A stretch of DNA of 64,000 bases from Nitrososphaerota archaeon (GCA_041641295.1 JBEPYO010000001.1:576001-640000), one strand, 5' to 3'; positions 41,266 through 50,674 are shown, counted from the stretch's first letter. The notes: generated from the sequence alone by a model not told the origin. A program made the numbers and translations.

Positions 41266-42426
41266 ATGTCTGGAGAGAGCTGCCCACGCGTAGCGGAGCC
41301 TGTAGCAGGGCAGGGAACAGGAGGACTAAATCCCGGTCTTCTCAACGAGCCCGAGGACCAAACAGGGAAAGGATTAGGAAGAGTCCGGCAGAGAATGACA
41401 CCGGAGGAAAAGAAGAAGCTCATGGATGTGCTGAAGAGGGAGGCTCTGAGAGGGCTAGGATACGTGAGAATATGGCGGATGTTAAGGAAGGATGGGGTAA
41501 ATGTATCGAGGCGGACCGTAGAATACTGGTATCGCAAGTTTTTTCCAGAGAGATTGGGGAGAAGGGGAAAATACCTTCCACGCGAATTGAGGATAACGCT
41601 GTACGAGGAAGTCCTGAGGCTGAGGAGGCAGGGATTAGGTTACAAGAAGATTAGGCGGAGGATTAAAGAATTATATGATATCACGCTTGCACCCGCGGTA
41701 ATTGTTGATTGGTGTAGAGGAATCCATACACCATATGGCGGAATACGAATTCCTACAGTAGACTACCTGAAGCCATCCCCAGAGCTAGCTTATGTCATAG
41801 GTGTTGTGTGCGGGGATGGATCAGCTGTTAAAACAAGGGGGAGAAGCGGTGAATATGTTATCGGATCTCAAGTTAAGGATCGAGAGTTTAGCGAGAGATT
41901 CGCAGAATGCCTCGGTCGAATACTGAATAGGAGCCCGCCAACGCCGATACTCGTTAGAGGTAAGTTTCAGGTTTGTGTAAGATCGAGAACTCTTTACCAA
42001 CTTCTCCGAAAACCAATCGACATAAACAGGATAAAGAATTTCACGGAGCATTGTGAAGACTGCATGAGAAGTTTCCTAAAAGGCTTCTTCGATAGCGAAG
42101 GATCAGTAAGTAAGGAGGGGGAAATTCGCTGTGACAACTCAGACAAACAACTCCTAAACTATGTCAAGACCCTCCTGAATCGTTTATGCATCGATGTAAC
42201 AGGGCCGCACTTAGGTGTAAAGAAAGATACGCCCATCTTTAATAAGGATATGCAGAGAATATACATGAGAAAGAAAGAAGTATATTATCTCAATATCAGG
42301 GCTCCATATAGGCTAAAGTATTACGAGCTTGTTGGATTCTCTATTCGAAAGAAACAACAACGAATGGAAAACTATTTCAGGAGAAGAGGACTACTGGGGG
42401 GTCGCCTACCAGACCACCCCCTATAG
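41266..42426 (+). CDS. Free-standing double-motif LAGLIDADG endonuclease with two N-terminal HTH-like repeats (copy 2)
   Basis: LAYVIGVVCGDG and FLKGFFDSEG; colinear paralog of 31541-32701; stops 43 bp from the tRNA-Arg 3' end. Confidence 0.85.
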   Translation: MSGESCPRVAEPVAGQGTGGLNPGLLNEPEDQTGKGLGRVRQRMTPEEKKKLMDVLKREALRGLGYVRIWRMLRKDGVNVSRRTVEYWYRKFFPERLGRRGKYLPRELRITLYEEVLRLRRQGLGYKKIRRRIKELYDITLAPAVIVDWCRGIHTPYGGIRIPTVDYLKPSPELAYVIGVVCGDGSAVKTRGRSGEYVIGSQVKDREFSERFAECLGRILNRSPPTPILVRGKFQVCVRSRTLYQLLRKPIDINRIKNFTEHCEDCMRSFLKGFFDSEGSVSKEGEIRCDNSDKQLLNYVKTLLNRLCIDVTGPHLGVKKDTPIFNKDMQRIYMRKKEVYYLNIRAPYRLKYYELVGFSIRKKQQRMENYFRRRGLLGGRLPDHPL

Positions 42427-42469
42427 TCTCTTTTCACCCCAATCTTGCTGGTGTCTCATTATATAAATG

Positions 42470-42561
42470 CGGGCCCGGTGGGACTCGAACCCACGGTTTC
42501 CGCGCCTTTAACGCTCTGCGGCTTAGGAGGCCGCCGCCTTATCCTTCTAGGCCACGGGCCC
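42470..42561 (-). tRNA. tRNA-Arg(CCT) with 18-nt non-canonical intron at 45/46 (42498-42515)
   Basis: Anticodon arm GCGGC-CTCCTAA-GCCGC; BHB CCGC-AG^A-GC...GC-GCGG-AA^A-C; splicing restores variable loop AGACC. Confidence 0.9.
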
Positions 42562-42596
42562 ATTAACACGCTGTTTGACGAATTTCAAAAACCTTG

Positions 42597-44414
42597 CTAT
42601 GGGACTGTTATGGATTTGGCGAGGTTTCGGGGCTTGTCCGGGTCGTGTCCTTTGACGAGGGCTGTGTAGTATGCGAGGAGCTGGAAGGGGATGGTGTAGG
42701 TTGTGGGTGAGAGGAGAGGATGGATCTTCGGCATCTCTATGTAGTAGTCGGCCAGCTGTTTCAGCTCTTGGTCTGAGGCGTCTCCCACGACGACTGTGTA
42801 GGCGCCTCTGGCCTTCATCTCCATTATGCTGCCTATGTTTAGTTTCCGGTACTCGTCTGGCGGCGCCACGAATATGACTGGGACACCGCTCTCTACCACG
42901 CTTATGGGGCCGTGCTTACTCTCGCCTGCCGGGTAGGTTATGCAGGGGATGTAGGAGAGCTCCATGAGTTTGAGCCGGCCCTCTAGGGCCGTGCTGTAGG
43001 ATACTCCGCGGCCGAGGATGAATACTACCCTGCTCTCAGCAATCCTCTCCGCCAGACGCCTTACAGGCTCATGAACCCTCGTCAAAGTCTCGGAAACAGC
43101 TTGTGGAACCCTCTCCAGCCAAGAGTTGAACTCGTCAATCTCGTACTGGGCTATCTTCCCCCTAAGCCTTGCGAGGCGGAGGGCAATCTTGGCCAGCACT
43201 AATACTTGCGATGTGAAGGTCTTGGTTGCCGCCACCCCTATCTCAGGCCCGGCGTTCTGGAGGACATAGGCTCTCGAGACCCTCGTCAAAGTTGAGCCGA
43301 CCGTATTGGTGATTCCGAGTATCGTGCAGGCCCTCATTCGAGCATACTCTAGCGCACTGAGCACGTCGGCGGTCTCGCCGGACTGGCTTACAGCCAAGAT
43401 GACAGTGTCGACACCTATGGAGGCTCCATAATTGGGTATGAACTCGGAGGCTATTACGGGAAAGGTGGGGAGCCGGGCAACCTGTGAGAAGAGGTATGAG
43501 CCAGCAACACATGCGTTATACGAGGTCCCCGCACCGAGGAGAAATACTGTGCGCCCCCTGTCGAGGAGCTCCGCTAGAAGGTCTACATACTCGATCTGGA
43601 GTCTGAGGGAGTTCCTAAGAGTCTCAGGCTGTTCAAATATCTCTTTGAGCATGAAGTGTGGGTATCCCTGCTTCTCAGCCATCTCGACTGTTAGGTCCAC
43701 TATCTTGACCGGCCTCTCAACAGCCTCACCCGTATCTATCCGTAGGATTCTGTAGCCGCTGCTAGTCAAGACCACCATGTCTCCGTCATGCAGGAAGACC
43801 ATCTCCTTGGTCATGTCTAGGAGGGCGGTGATGTCCGAGGCCACCATGTTAAAGCCCCTCCCAACCCCTATGATGAGCGGAGCCTCCCTCCTAGCTGCAA
43901 GGATTTTCTCCGGGCTCAAAGAGGAGACGAGAGCGACTGCATAGGACCCCTCAAGCCTCTGGAGAGCCTTCCTAAAAGCCTGCTCCAGCTCCTCACCCCT
44001 CCTCAAATACTCCTCGACCAGATGAGCTATGACCTCGCTGTCCGTCCTAGATGCTAGGGCGTGGTCGAGGTCTAGGAGCTCCTTCTTCAAGGCTAGGTAG
44101 TTTTCGATCACTCCGTTGTGAACTATGGCTATCCTTCCGCTGCAGTCGGTGTGGGGGTGTGCGTTCAGTGCCGTTGGGGCGCCGTGGGTGGCCCATCTCG
44201 TGTGGGCTATCCCAAGGGTGCCGGGCATGGAATCCAGCTTCAGCCTCGCATTGATCTCATTAACCCTGCCCGCATCCTTCCTAACCACAACCTCACCCGC
44301 GTAGACTGTCGCCACTCCGGCCGAGTCGTACCCACGGTATTCAAGCCTCTTCAAAGCCCTCAACAATATAGGCGCTGCGCTCTCCGCGCCTGCGTAGCCC
44401 ACAATGCCGCACAT
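42597..44414 (-). CDS. glmS: Glutamine-fructose-6-phosphate transaminase
   Basis: MCGIVG, LEYRGYDSAG, HTRWATHG, SQSGETAD, PRNLAKSITV. Confidence 0.97.
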   Translation of the reverse strand: MCGIVGYAGAESAAPILLRALKRLEYRGYDSAGVATVYAGEVVVRKDAGRVNEINARLKLDSMPGTLGIAHTRWATHGAPTALNAHPHTDCSGRIAIVHNGVIENYLALKKELLDLDHALASRTDSEVIAHLVEEYLRRGEELEQAFRKALQRLEGSYAVALVSSLSPEKILAARREAPLIIGVGRGFNMVASDITALLDMTKEMVFLHDGDMVVLTSSGYRILRIDTGEAVERPVKIVDLTVEMAEKQGYPHFMLKEIFEQPETLRNSLRLQIEYVDLLAELLDRGRTVFLLGAGTSYNACVAGSYLFSQVARLPTFPVIASEFIPNYGASIGVDTVILAVSQSGETADVLSALEYARMRACTILGITNTVGSTLTRVSRAYVLQNAGPEIGVAATKTFTSQVLVLAKIALRLARLRGKIAQYEIDEFNSWLERVPQAVSETLTRVHEPVRRLAERIAESRVVFILGRGVSYSTALEGRLKLMELSYIPCITYPAGESKHGPISVVESGVPVIFVAPPDEYRKLNIGSIMEMKARGAYTVVVGDASDQELKQLADYYIEMPKIHPLLSPTTYTIPFQLLAYYTALVKGHDPDKPRNLAKSITVP

Positions 44415-44558
44415 TTAGCCGCGAGTAGGCTCCCCCCGCATTTAAGTCCTGCTATTTCGAAAGAATAGACGCGCTTCTCTCCAAGGATTGGAGAGGAAGA
44501 TGTTGCCAGCTTTTGCTAAGTGTTTTCTTGAGATGGTGGGGAACGCCTCACAGGGGAG

Positions 44559-44846
44559 ATGGTTGTGCGAGAGTTTACTACGCTGGTGGGGGCGGGCTTG
44601 GGCGTAGATTTAAATGTCCCCCCTGGATTTGTGCTGGCTGGTGTCTTCCTAATGGTTAGGCCGAGGCCGCAGCTTTTTGTGAGGCTGGCTGTCAAGGTGC
44701 TCGGAGTAGTAGGCCTAGTCATCTCGGTCCAGATGATGCAGGCGCTCTTCTCCCTCGAGATGGGGGCAATGACTGTCTTCCCCTACATCGCCATCGCAGT
44801 GTTTGCCGCCCTCTTGGTCGCCAGCATCCTTGCAATCCTAGCCTGA
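44559..44846 (+). CDS. Small hypothetical membrane protein
   Basis: Three hydrophobic segments; fills the gap before thrC. Confidence 0.5.
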   Translation: MVVREFTTLVGAGLGVDLNVPPGFVLAGVFLMVRPRPQLFVRLAVKVLGVVGLVISVQMMQALFSLEMGAMTVFPYIAIAVFAALLVASILAILA

Positions 44847-44862
44847 GCCATAGGTTGAGACG

Positions 44863-46044
44863 GTGCCTCCTCAGGAGTATCAGCTTGTATGTATAACGTG
44901 CGGCGAGACCTACCCCTACAACGAGATAGTATACAGGTGTCGGAGGTGCGGTGATCTATTAGAAGCGAGGATTGAGGGTGGAGATGTTTTCAGGCTGGAC
45001 AGTCTTGGGGGACGGGTTCAGAGCATTTGGCGGTATAGGGAGCTGCTGCCCAGCTTTTTCACCCGGATAGTTAGCCTAGGGGAGGGTTATACTAGGCTCC
45101 TGAGGGCTGAGAGGCTCGCGGAGACGGTCGGTGTCAGGGAGCTGTATGTCAAGCTGGAGGGGCTCAACCCTACGGGGAGCTTCAAGGACCGTGGCATGAG
45201 CGTGGGCGTCTCGATGGCCTGCACGCTAGGGGCGAGGAGTGTGGTCTGCGCCTCAACCGGCAACACTTCAGCCTCCCTAGCCGCCTACGCAGCTAGGGCA
45301 GGTCTTGAGTGTAGAGTCTACGTGCCCGAGGGAAAGATAGCTCTGGGAAAGCTCTTCCAGGCTAGGATGTTTGGGGCCAGAATCCACCAGGTCTCGGGAA
45401 GCTTTGACGACGCCTTGAGACTAGTAATAGAGAGGAGTGGCGGCGAGGCCTATATTCTAAACTCGGTGAACCCGTGGAGGATTGAGGGGCAGAAGACTGC
45501 AGCCTTCGAACTCTGGGAGCAGATGGGTGGTGAGACAGACTATGTAGTCGTGCTACCGGTGGGCAACTCTGGAAACATCTCCGCCTACTGGAAAGGATTC
45601 CGAGAACTCCTCGACCACGGACTCATCAACACGGCACCCAGGCTGGTGGGGGTGCAGGCCGCGGGAGCCGCACCAATCGTCGAGATGCTTAGCAGGGGCT
45701 TGGACAGGCTCCCAGACTGGCCAAACCCTGAGACGATAGCAACCGCCATCAGGATAGGCAGGCCGATAAACTGGAAAAAGGGGGTCCGCGCAATAAAGGA
45801 GTCAGGTGGAACGGCAGTCAAGGTAAGCGACGAGGAAATCCTCCAAGCCCTGAGGCTCCTAGCAACGACTGAGGGAATTGCGACCGAGCCCGCGGGAGCC
45901 GCACCAATAGCGGGCGTCAAGAGGCTTGTGGAGGAGGGCTGGCTCGGCAGAGACGACAAGGTCATCTGCATAGCCACGGGAAACATGCTCAAAGACACCA
46001 GCGAGATACTCGTAGCGTGGAACCAGCCCCAGAAACACGTCTAG
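44863..46044 (+). CDS. thrC: Threonine synthase
   Basis: NPTGSFKDRG, CASTGNTSAS, EGQKT, PVGNSGN. Confidence 0.9.
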   Translation: MPPQEYQLVCITCGETYPYNEIVYRCRRCGDLLEARIEGGDVFRLDSLGGRVQSIWRYRELLPSFFTRIVSLGEGYTRLLRAERLAETVGVRELYVKLEGLNPTGSFKDRGMSVGVSMACTLGARSVVCASTGNTSASLAAYAARAGLECRVYVPEGKIALGKLFQARMFGARIHQVSGSFDDALRLVIERSGGEAYILNSVNPWRIEGQKTAAFELWEQMGGETDYVVVLPVGNSGNISAYWKGFRELLDHGLINTAPRLVGVQAAGAAPIVEMLSRGLDRLPDWPNPETIATAIRIGRPINWKKGVRAIKESGGTAVKVSDEEILQALRLLATTEGIATEPAGAAPIAGVKRLVEEGWLGRDDKVICIATGNMLKDTSEILVAWNQPQKHV

Positions 46045-46125
46045 CCCCACCACCCTGGCAGAGCCTAGACACATAATCCCATGAACCTACATATACGGCC
46101 AGCCCCACGCGAATTTGAAGAGGGT

Positions 46126-46222
46126 GGGCCGGTAGATCAGCGGTAGATCGCCCGCCTCGCAAGCGGAGGCCTCGCTCCGCCGAGAACGCGGGAGGTCCCG
46201 GGTTCGAATCCCGGCCGGTCCA
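46126..46222 (+). tRNA. tRNA-Ala(CGC) with 25-nt canonical intron at 37/38 (46162-46186)
   Basis: CCCGC-CTCGCA^intron^C-GCGGG; BHB with CTCG/CGAG helix and GCGGAG/CTCCGC intron stem. Confidence 0.95.
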
Positions 46223-46289
46223 AGGTTTTCCAGTTGTTGTGCCGCTCTCAGAGGGGTTTATTTTTAAATATCGGGGCTGATGCGTCAGA

Positions 46290-47744
46290 TTGGGAGGATT
46301 TATTGCCAAGGAATCCGAGAAGTTCGAGCGGTTCAGTGAGTGGTTTGATAACGTCCTCCTAACGGCGCGGATAGCCGACAACAGGTATCCTGTGAAGGGG
46401 TTTATCGTCTACCTTGAGAATGGGTGGTTCGTCATTGAGAGGATTAGGAGGAGGCTTGAGGAGCTCCTCGAGGAGGACGGACACCTTCCCATGTATTATC
46501 CACTAGTAGCTACGCTGGAGAATTTCTCGCGCGAGGCTGAGCACATCAAGGGGTTCATGGGCGAGGTTTTCGCGGTCGGTAAGCTTCGGACTGGGGAGAG
46601 CGAAGTCCAGGAGGAGGCCCCACTCATACTCAGGCCCACCTCAGAGACCATAATGTACCCGATGTTCGCCCTCTGGATCAACAACCACTCAGACCTTCCA
46701 CTGAAGGTCCACCAAAGCTGCGCGGTATACCGCTACGAGACAAAGGCTACTAGGGCCCTCTACAGGGTTAGAGAGATTCCGTGGAATGAAGCCCACACAG
46801 CCCATGCCACTAGGGAGGAGGCAGAGGCGCAGGTGAGGAAGGCCGTCGAGATCTATAGAAAGGTGTTGGACGAGCTGGGGATTGCCTACCTCACCCTTCG
46901 GAGGCCTGACTTCGACAAGTTCGCAGGCGCGGAATACTCTATAGCGTTTGATGCGTGGAATCCTGACGGGAAAGTCAACCAGGTTGCGACGGTCCACAAC
47001 CTGGGGACAAACTTCTCCAGGGTCTTCGGCATAGTCTTTGAGAAGAAGGAGGGGGGTAAGGACTATGCCTGGCAGCTCTGCTATGGCTTCGGCTACAGTA
47101 GGGTCCTCGCAGCCATCATTGCACAGCACGGAGACGACCTAGGACCAATCTTCCCGCCCTGGGTGGCGCCAATCCAGATCGTAATCGTCCCCATACCGTA
47201 TAAGGGTAGGGAGGCTGAAGTGTATGAGTACGCTAGGGAGGTGTATAGTCTTTTAAGGCCGGGCTACAGGGTGAGGCTTGACGACCGCGAGGACGCCACG
47301 CCGGGTGAGAAGTACTATTATTGGGAGAGGAGGGGTGTGCCGCTGAGGGTTGAGGTGGGTCCGAGGGATGTTGAGAAGAGGGCCGTGGTGCTTGCGAGGC
47401 GGGACACTGGTGAGAAGTTTAGCGCGCCTATTGAGAAGTTGAGGGAGGAGGTTGCAAGGGTACTTGAGGACATAGCCCGGAACCTCTCTGAGCGCTCGAA
47501 GAAGAGGCTCTGGGAGCAGATAGTAGATGCAAAAAGCCTAGAGGAGGGTGCAAAGAGTGTTGATCTGGGCAAGATATGTAGGGTTAGCTGGTGTGGAAGG
47601 GAAGAGTGCGCCCTCTCACTAAAGAGTGCAATGGGTGCGGAGGTGCGTGGATATCGCTACGATGTTGACGAGAAGAGTGATAGGCCCTGTATTGTCTGCG
47701 GCTCACCTGGCAGGACTTATCTCTACGTCTCGAGGGCCTACTGA
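46290..47744 (+). CDS. proS: Prolyl-tRNA synthetase (archaeal/eukaryotic type)
   Basis: LRPTSETIMY, YRYETKAT, GVPLRVEVGPRD, C-terminal RAY. Confidence 0.95.
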   Translation: MGGFIAKESEKFERFSEWFDNVLLTARIADNRYPVKGFIVYLENGWFVIERIRRRLEELLEEDGHLPMYYPLVATLENFSREAEHIKGFMGEVFAVGKLRTGESEVQEEAPLILRPTSETIMYPMFALWINNHSDLPLKVHQSCAVYRYETKATRALYRVREIPWNEAHTAHATREEAEAQVRKAVEIYRKVLDELGIAYLTLRRPDFDKFAGAEYSIAFDAWNPDGKVNQVATVHNLGTNFSRVFGIVFEKKEGGKDYAWQLCYGFGYSRVLAAIIAQHGDDLGPIFPPWVAPIQIVIVPIPYKGREAEVYEYAREVYSLLRPGYRVRLDDREDATPGEKYYYWERRGVPLRVEVGPRDVEKRAVVLARRDTGEKFSAPIEKLREEVARVLEDIARNLSERSKKRLWEQIVDAKSLEEGAKSVDLGKICRVSWCGREECALSLKSAMGAEVRGYRYDVDEKSDRPCIVCGSPGRTYLYVSRAY

Positions 47745-47758
47745 GGCAGCGATGTATC

Positions 47759-48538
47759 CTATGTCAGCTCGCCCTGGCTGACCTCTATTAGGCCCTTCTC
47801 CTCCAGCCGCCTCAGAACCTCCTCCACCTCCTCCTCAGGTATCCCAAGGGCCCGGGAGCATGTTTCAACCTCAAGTACCGAGCCCTCAGGGAGGGAGGAG
47901 ATGTAGTTGTAGATCATGCGTTCTTTGGACGTGAGTGTTGGGACTTCCGGGAAGCTCTCCGCCATCTTCTGCGCAATAATGGCCCTAGCCTCGTCAAGTA
48001 TCCTCATGGCCTCGTCGGAGAGCTCTTCTTGGTCAGCCTCTTGGGAGGGGAGGCTTATCGACATGCCAGAGCCGGCTATTAGACTGTCTATCGCGCCACT
48101 AAGGCTGTCTAGGCTCTCAGCGGCCTCCGGGACAACCTTCACAATCTCCATCCTGACACGCTCCAACAACCCCTTCAGCACGGGCGCCAGCCCTATGATC
48201 TCCCGGAGCTCCAGAAGACTCTCCATCCTTACCCTAACCTGCTCGAGGACTAGGAGGGACTGGAGGACAATCCTCGCAATCCTACGGAGCTCGGCTATCT
48301 CACCGGCATAAATGGCCGCGTAGCCCTCATCACCCATCTGGAGGGCTTGGATACACCGCTCAAAATACTCCCTCCCACGAGCCTCCAGCCCCGCATACTT
48401 GTTCTTCAAACGGTTAATCTGGGTGTTAAGCATCATGAGGGCGGATGATAGTCTCGAACTGTAGGAGTCTGGCGCCTCCCTTACTCTGCGCCCCCTCCCA
48501 AGGGCCCTGGCCCTGATATACTCAATAATCCTAGCCAT
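47759..48538 (-). CDS. cdvB: ESCRT-III/CdvB family protein with C-terminal winged-helix region
   Basis: GD...AAIYAGEIAELRRI...LEQVRVRMESL Snf7-like core, DEAMRILDEA, C-terminal HTH ending LEEKGLIEV. Confidence 0.75.
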   Translation of the reverse strand: MARIIEYIRARALGRGRRVREAPDSYSSRLSSALMMLNTQINRLKNKYAGLEARGREYFERCIQALQMGDEGYAAIYAGEIAELRRIARIVLQSLLVLEQVRVRMESLLELREIIGLAPVLKGLLERVRMEIVKVVPEAAESLDSLSGAIDSLIAGSGMSISLPSQEADQEELSDEAMRILDEARAIIAQKMAESFPEVPTLTSKERMIYNYISSLPEGSVLEVETCSRALGIPEEEVEEVLRRLEEKGLIEVSQGELT

Positions 48539-48685
48539 TGTTCAGAGGCCCTGCCGCCCGTCTCCATAGATAAATCCTGAAGGTGGGGGGTCGCGGGGCC
48601 ATTAACCCGTATTACCTGATAAATCTCCGGGGAGTCCCTGCGACATGCTTGATGGCTGTGAACGGATAAATATGGGGGCGGATAT

Positions 48686-48871
48686 TTGGGAGGCGTGTCA
48701 GGCTCGCGGAGGCGTAGGAGGGAGGCGCCCCTGCCAGCCACTGGGGCAGGGCTACTAAGATTCTTTGAGGAGGAGACCAAAGGTATTAAGCTCAAGCCCC
48801 AGATAATATTGCTGGCCGGCGGCCTCTTGATAGCAATGGTACTACTGTTTCGAGTCCTCTTCCCAATATAG
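48686..48871 (+). CDS. secG: Preprotein translocase subunit Sec61beta
   Basis: GAGLLRFFEEE..GIKLKP followed by one TM helix. Confidence 0.9.
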   Translation: MGGVSGSRRRRREAPLPATGAGLLRFFEEETKGIKLKPQIILLAGGLLIAMVLLFRVLFPI

Positions 48872-48948
48872 GGAGTCCCCCTAAAAACCAGCCTGAAGAT
48901 GGTGAGGAAAAAATGTAGGAGGTGTATGTGGTAGCGGCAGGGCCTCTT

Positions 48949-49119
48949 CTACTGGCCCTGCTGCGTCTGTGCAGGCGGCGCCTCTGGAGGAGCTGGCTTC
49001 GCGGCAGGCTTCTTGGCCGCAGCCTTCTTCTTGGCTGCAGCCTTCTTCCCCTTCGCGCGCGCCGTCTTCTTTCCACCCTTCTTAGCCTTTGCCGACCCCT
49101 TAGCTTTTCGCGCCGGCAT
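48949..49119 (-). CDS. 56-aa Lys/Ala/Pro-rich basic protein (histone H1-like)
   Basis: Read manually: MPARKAKGSAKAKKGGKKTARAKGKKAAAKKKAAAKKPAAKPAPPEAPPAQTQQGQ; GTGAGGT before the ATG, TTATATTA box upstream, T-tract downstream. Confidence 0.75.
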   Translation of the reverse strand: MPARKAKGSAKAKKGGKKTARAKGKKAAAKKKAAAKKPAAKPAPPEAPPAQTQQGQ

Positions 49120-49219
49120 ACCTCACACGCAAAATATAGTGAGATTATCAATAATATAAGAATTTTGCTGTCCCAGCTATTCCACGAAGGGTTTATACCA
49201 CCACAGCCACCATGTTTGT

Positions 49220-49816
49220 GTGTTGTCGAGGTTCTCGGTGATTGTTTTAGCAGCGGGTGGGTCGAAGCGGATGGGGGCGAACAAGCTTCTAACAACACTC
49301 TCAGGTAAGCCGCTGGTTTCGTGGAGTGTTGAGGCGGCGCTTGCCTCAGGCTGTGCTGAGGTGGTAGTGGTTGTTGGACATGAGGCGGAGAGGGTTAGAG
49401 AGGTCCTTCCCCCAGGCGTTAGGCCTGTGGTTAACAAGGAGTGGGAGGAGGGGGTTTCAAGCAGTATTAGAAGGGGTGTGATTGAAGTCTCCCACGACTC
49501 GGAGGCGGTGGTCATAATGGTTGCCGACCAGCCCCTAGTCCATCCCTCCATACCAGCGCTCCTAGCCAACCTAGTGCTTCAGGGAGGGCACCCTCTATCC
49601 TGCGCCGCCGTGGGAGGCGAGCCTCGAAACCCGGCCGCCTTCCACAAGAGCCTCTACAACGAGCTGATTGGATTGGAGGGTGATAGGGGCGCGAAGAGCG
49701 TTATTTTCCGGCACCTATCCGAGGCGGCGCTTCTCGAAGTGCCTGAGGAGATGCTTATGGACGTAGATACGCCCGGGGACTTGGAGAGATTGGCAAAAAT
49801 CCTGAAACCCAGCTAG
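49220..49816 (+). CDS. MocA/MobA-like nucleotidyltransferase
   Basis: LAAGGSKRMG.NKL, VADQP, GDRGA, DVDTPGD. Confidence 0.85.
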   Translation: MLSRFSVIVLAAGGSKRMGANKLLTTLSGKPLVSWSVEAALASGCAEVVVVVGHEAERVREVLPPGVRPVVNKEWEEGVSSSIRRGVIEVSHDSEAVVIMVADQPLVHPSIPALLANLVLQGGHPLSCAAVGGEPRNPAAFHKSLYNELIGLEGDRGAKSVIFRHLSEAALLEVPEEMLMDVDTPGDLERLAKILKPS

Positions 49817-49868
49817 GTAAAATTGATTTATCCACTATGGGGCTCGGATTTGGCGGAGGCTGGACGGT

Positions 49869-50633
49869 TTGGGCAGGCTTGACGGGCTAGTAGCTCTGGT
49901 AACCGGTTCGAGCAGGGGGATTGGTAGGGGCATAGCTGTAGAGATGGCTAGGGAGGGGGCGAAGCTAGCTATACACGCGACCCGTATAGAGGGTTTGAGG
50001 GAGACTGCTCAGACCCTCACCGAGCTGGGTGCAGACTTTGTGGAGCTTGCAGCAGACCTATCCCGGGCCGAGGCATGTGATAGGTTAGTGGACGAGACAG
50101 TCGAGAGGATGGGCAGAGTCGACATACTCGTTAATAATGCGGGGGTCAACGTTGCCAAGCCCGCATCGGAGCTAGGCCTTGACGAGTGGGACTGGGTGTT
50201 GGCTGTAAACCTTAAGGCCCCCTTCATCTGCTCGAGGCGCGCCGCCAAATACATGTCAAGTAGGAAGTGGGGTAGGATTATCAACATAGCCTCGGTGACC
50301 TCCTTCATGGGCATCGGGTGCAGAGCGGCCTACGCCTCTTCTAAGTCGGGTATACTGGGTCTGACCCGCACCCTAGCCCTTGAGTTGGCGCCGCATGGTG
50401 TCACGGTCAACGCTATAGCACCGGGATTCATTGCAACCGACATGGTTAAGCGGCGGATAGAGGAGGGGACACTCGACCTCGAGAGATTACTCAAGAGAAT
50501 ACCTCTTGGCAGGCTTGGAACCCCAGAGGAGGTGGGGAGGCTGGCGGCGTTCTTGGCAAGCCCCGAGGCCTCCTACATCACCGGCCAAGTCTTCGTGATT
50601 GACGGCGGGTTCCTAGCCAACGCCACTCCTTGA
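49869..50633 (+). CDS. Short-chain dehydrogenase/reductase (FabG-like)
   Basis: [23 protein letters not shown]. Confidence 0.9.
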   Translation: MGRLDGLVALVTGSSRGIGRGIAVEMAREGAKLAIHATRIEGLRETAQTLTELGADFVELAADLSRAEACDRLVDETVERMGRVDILVNNAGVNVAKPASELGLDEWDWVLAVNLKAPFICSRRAAKYMSSRKWGRIINIASVTSFMGIGCRAAYASSKSGILGLTRTLALELAPHGVTVNAIAPGFIATDMVKRRIEEGTLDLERLLKRIPLGRLGTPEEVGRLAAFLASPEASYITGQVFVIDGGFLANATP

Positions 50634-50674
50634 AAAACTCGAATACGTTATTAAGCGGGGATTAGCAGTTCTGG

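Noticed and set aside
31541-42426. LAGLIDADG ORFs as inteins or rRNA/tRNA intron-encoded proteins
   Set aside because: No intein splice motifs or host exteins and no rRNA; adjacent tRNAs are complete and on the opposite strand
48792-49308. Arg-rich and Leu-rich ORFs in the track
   Set aside because: Alternate-frame and antisense shadows of the Lys/Ala-rich gene at 48949-49119
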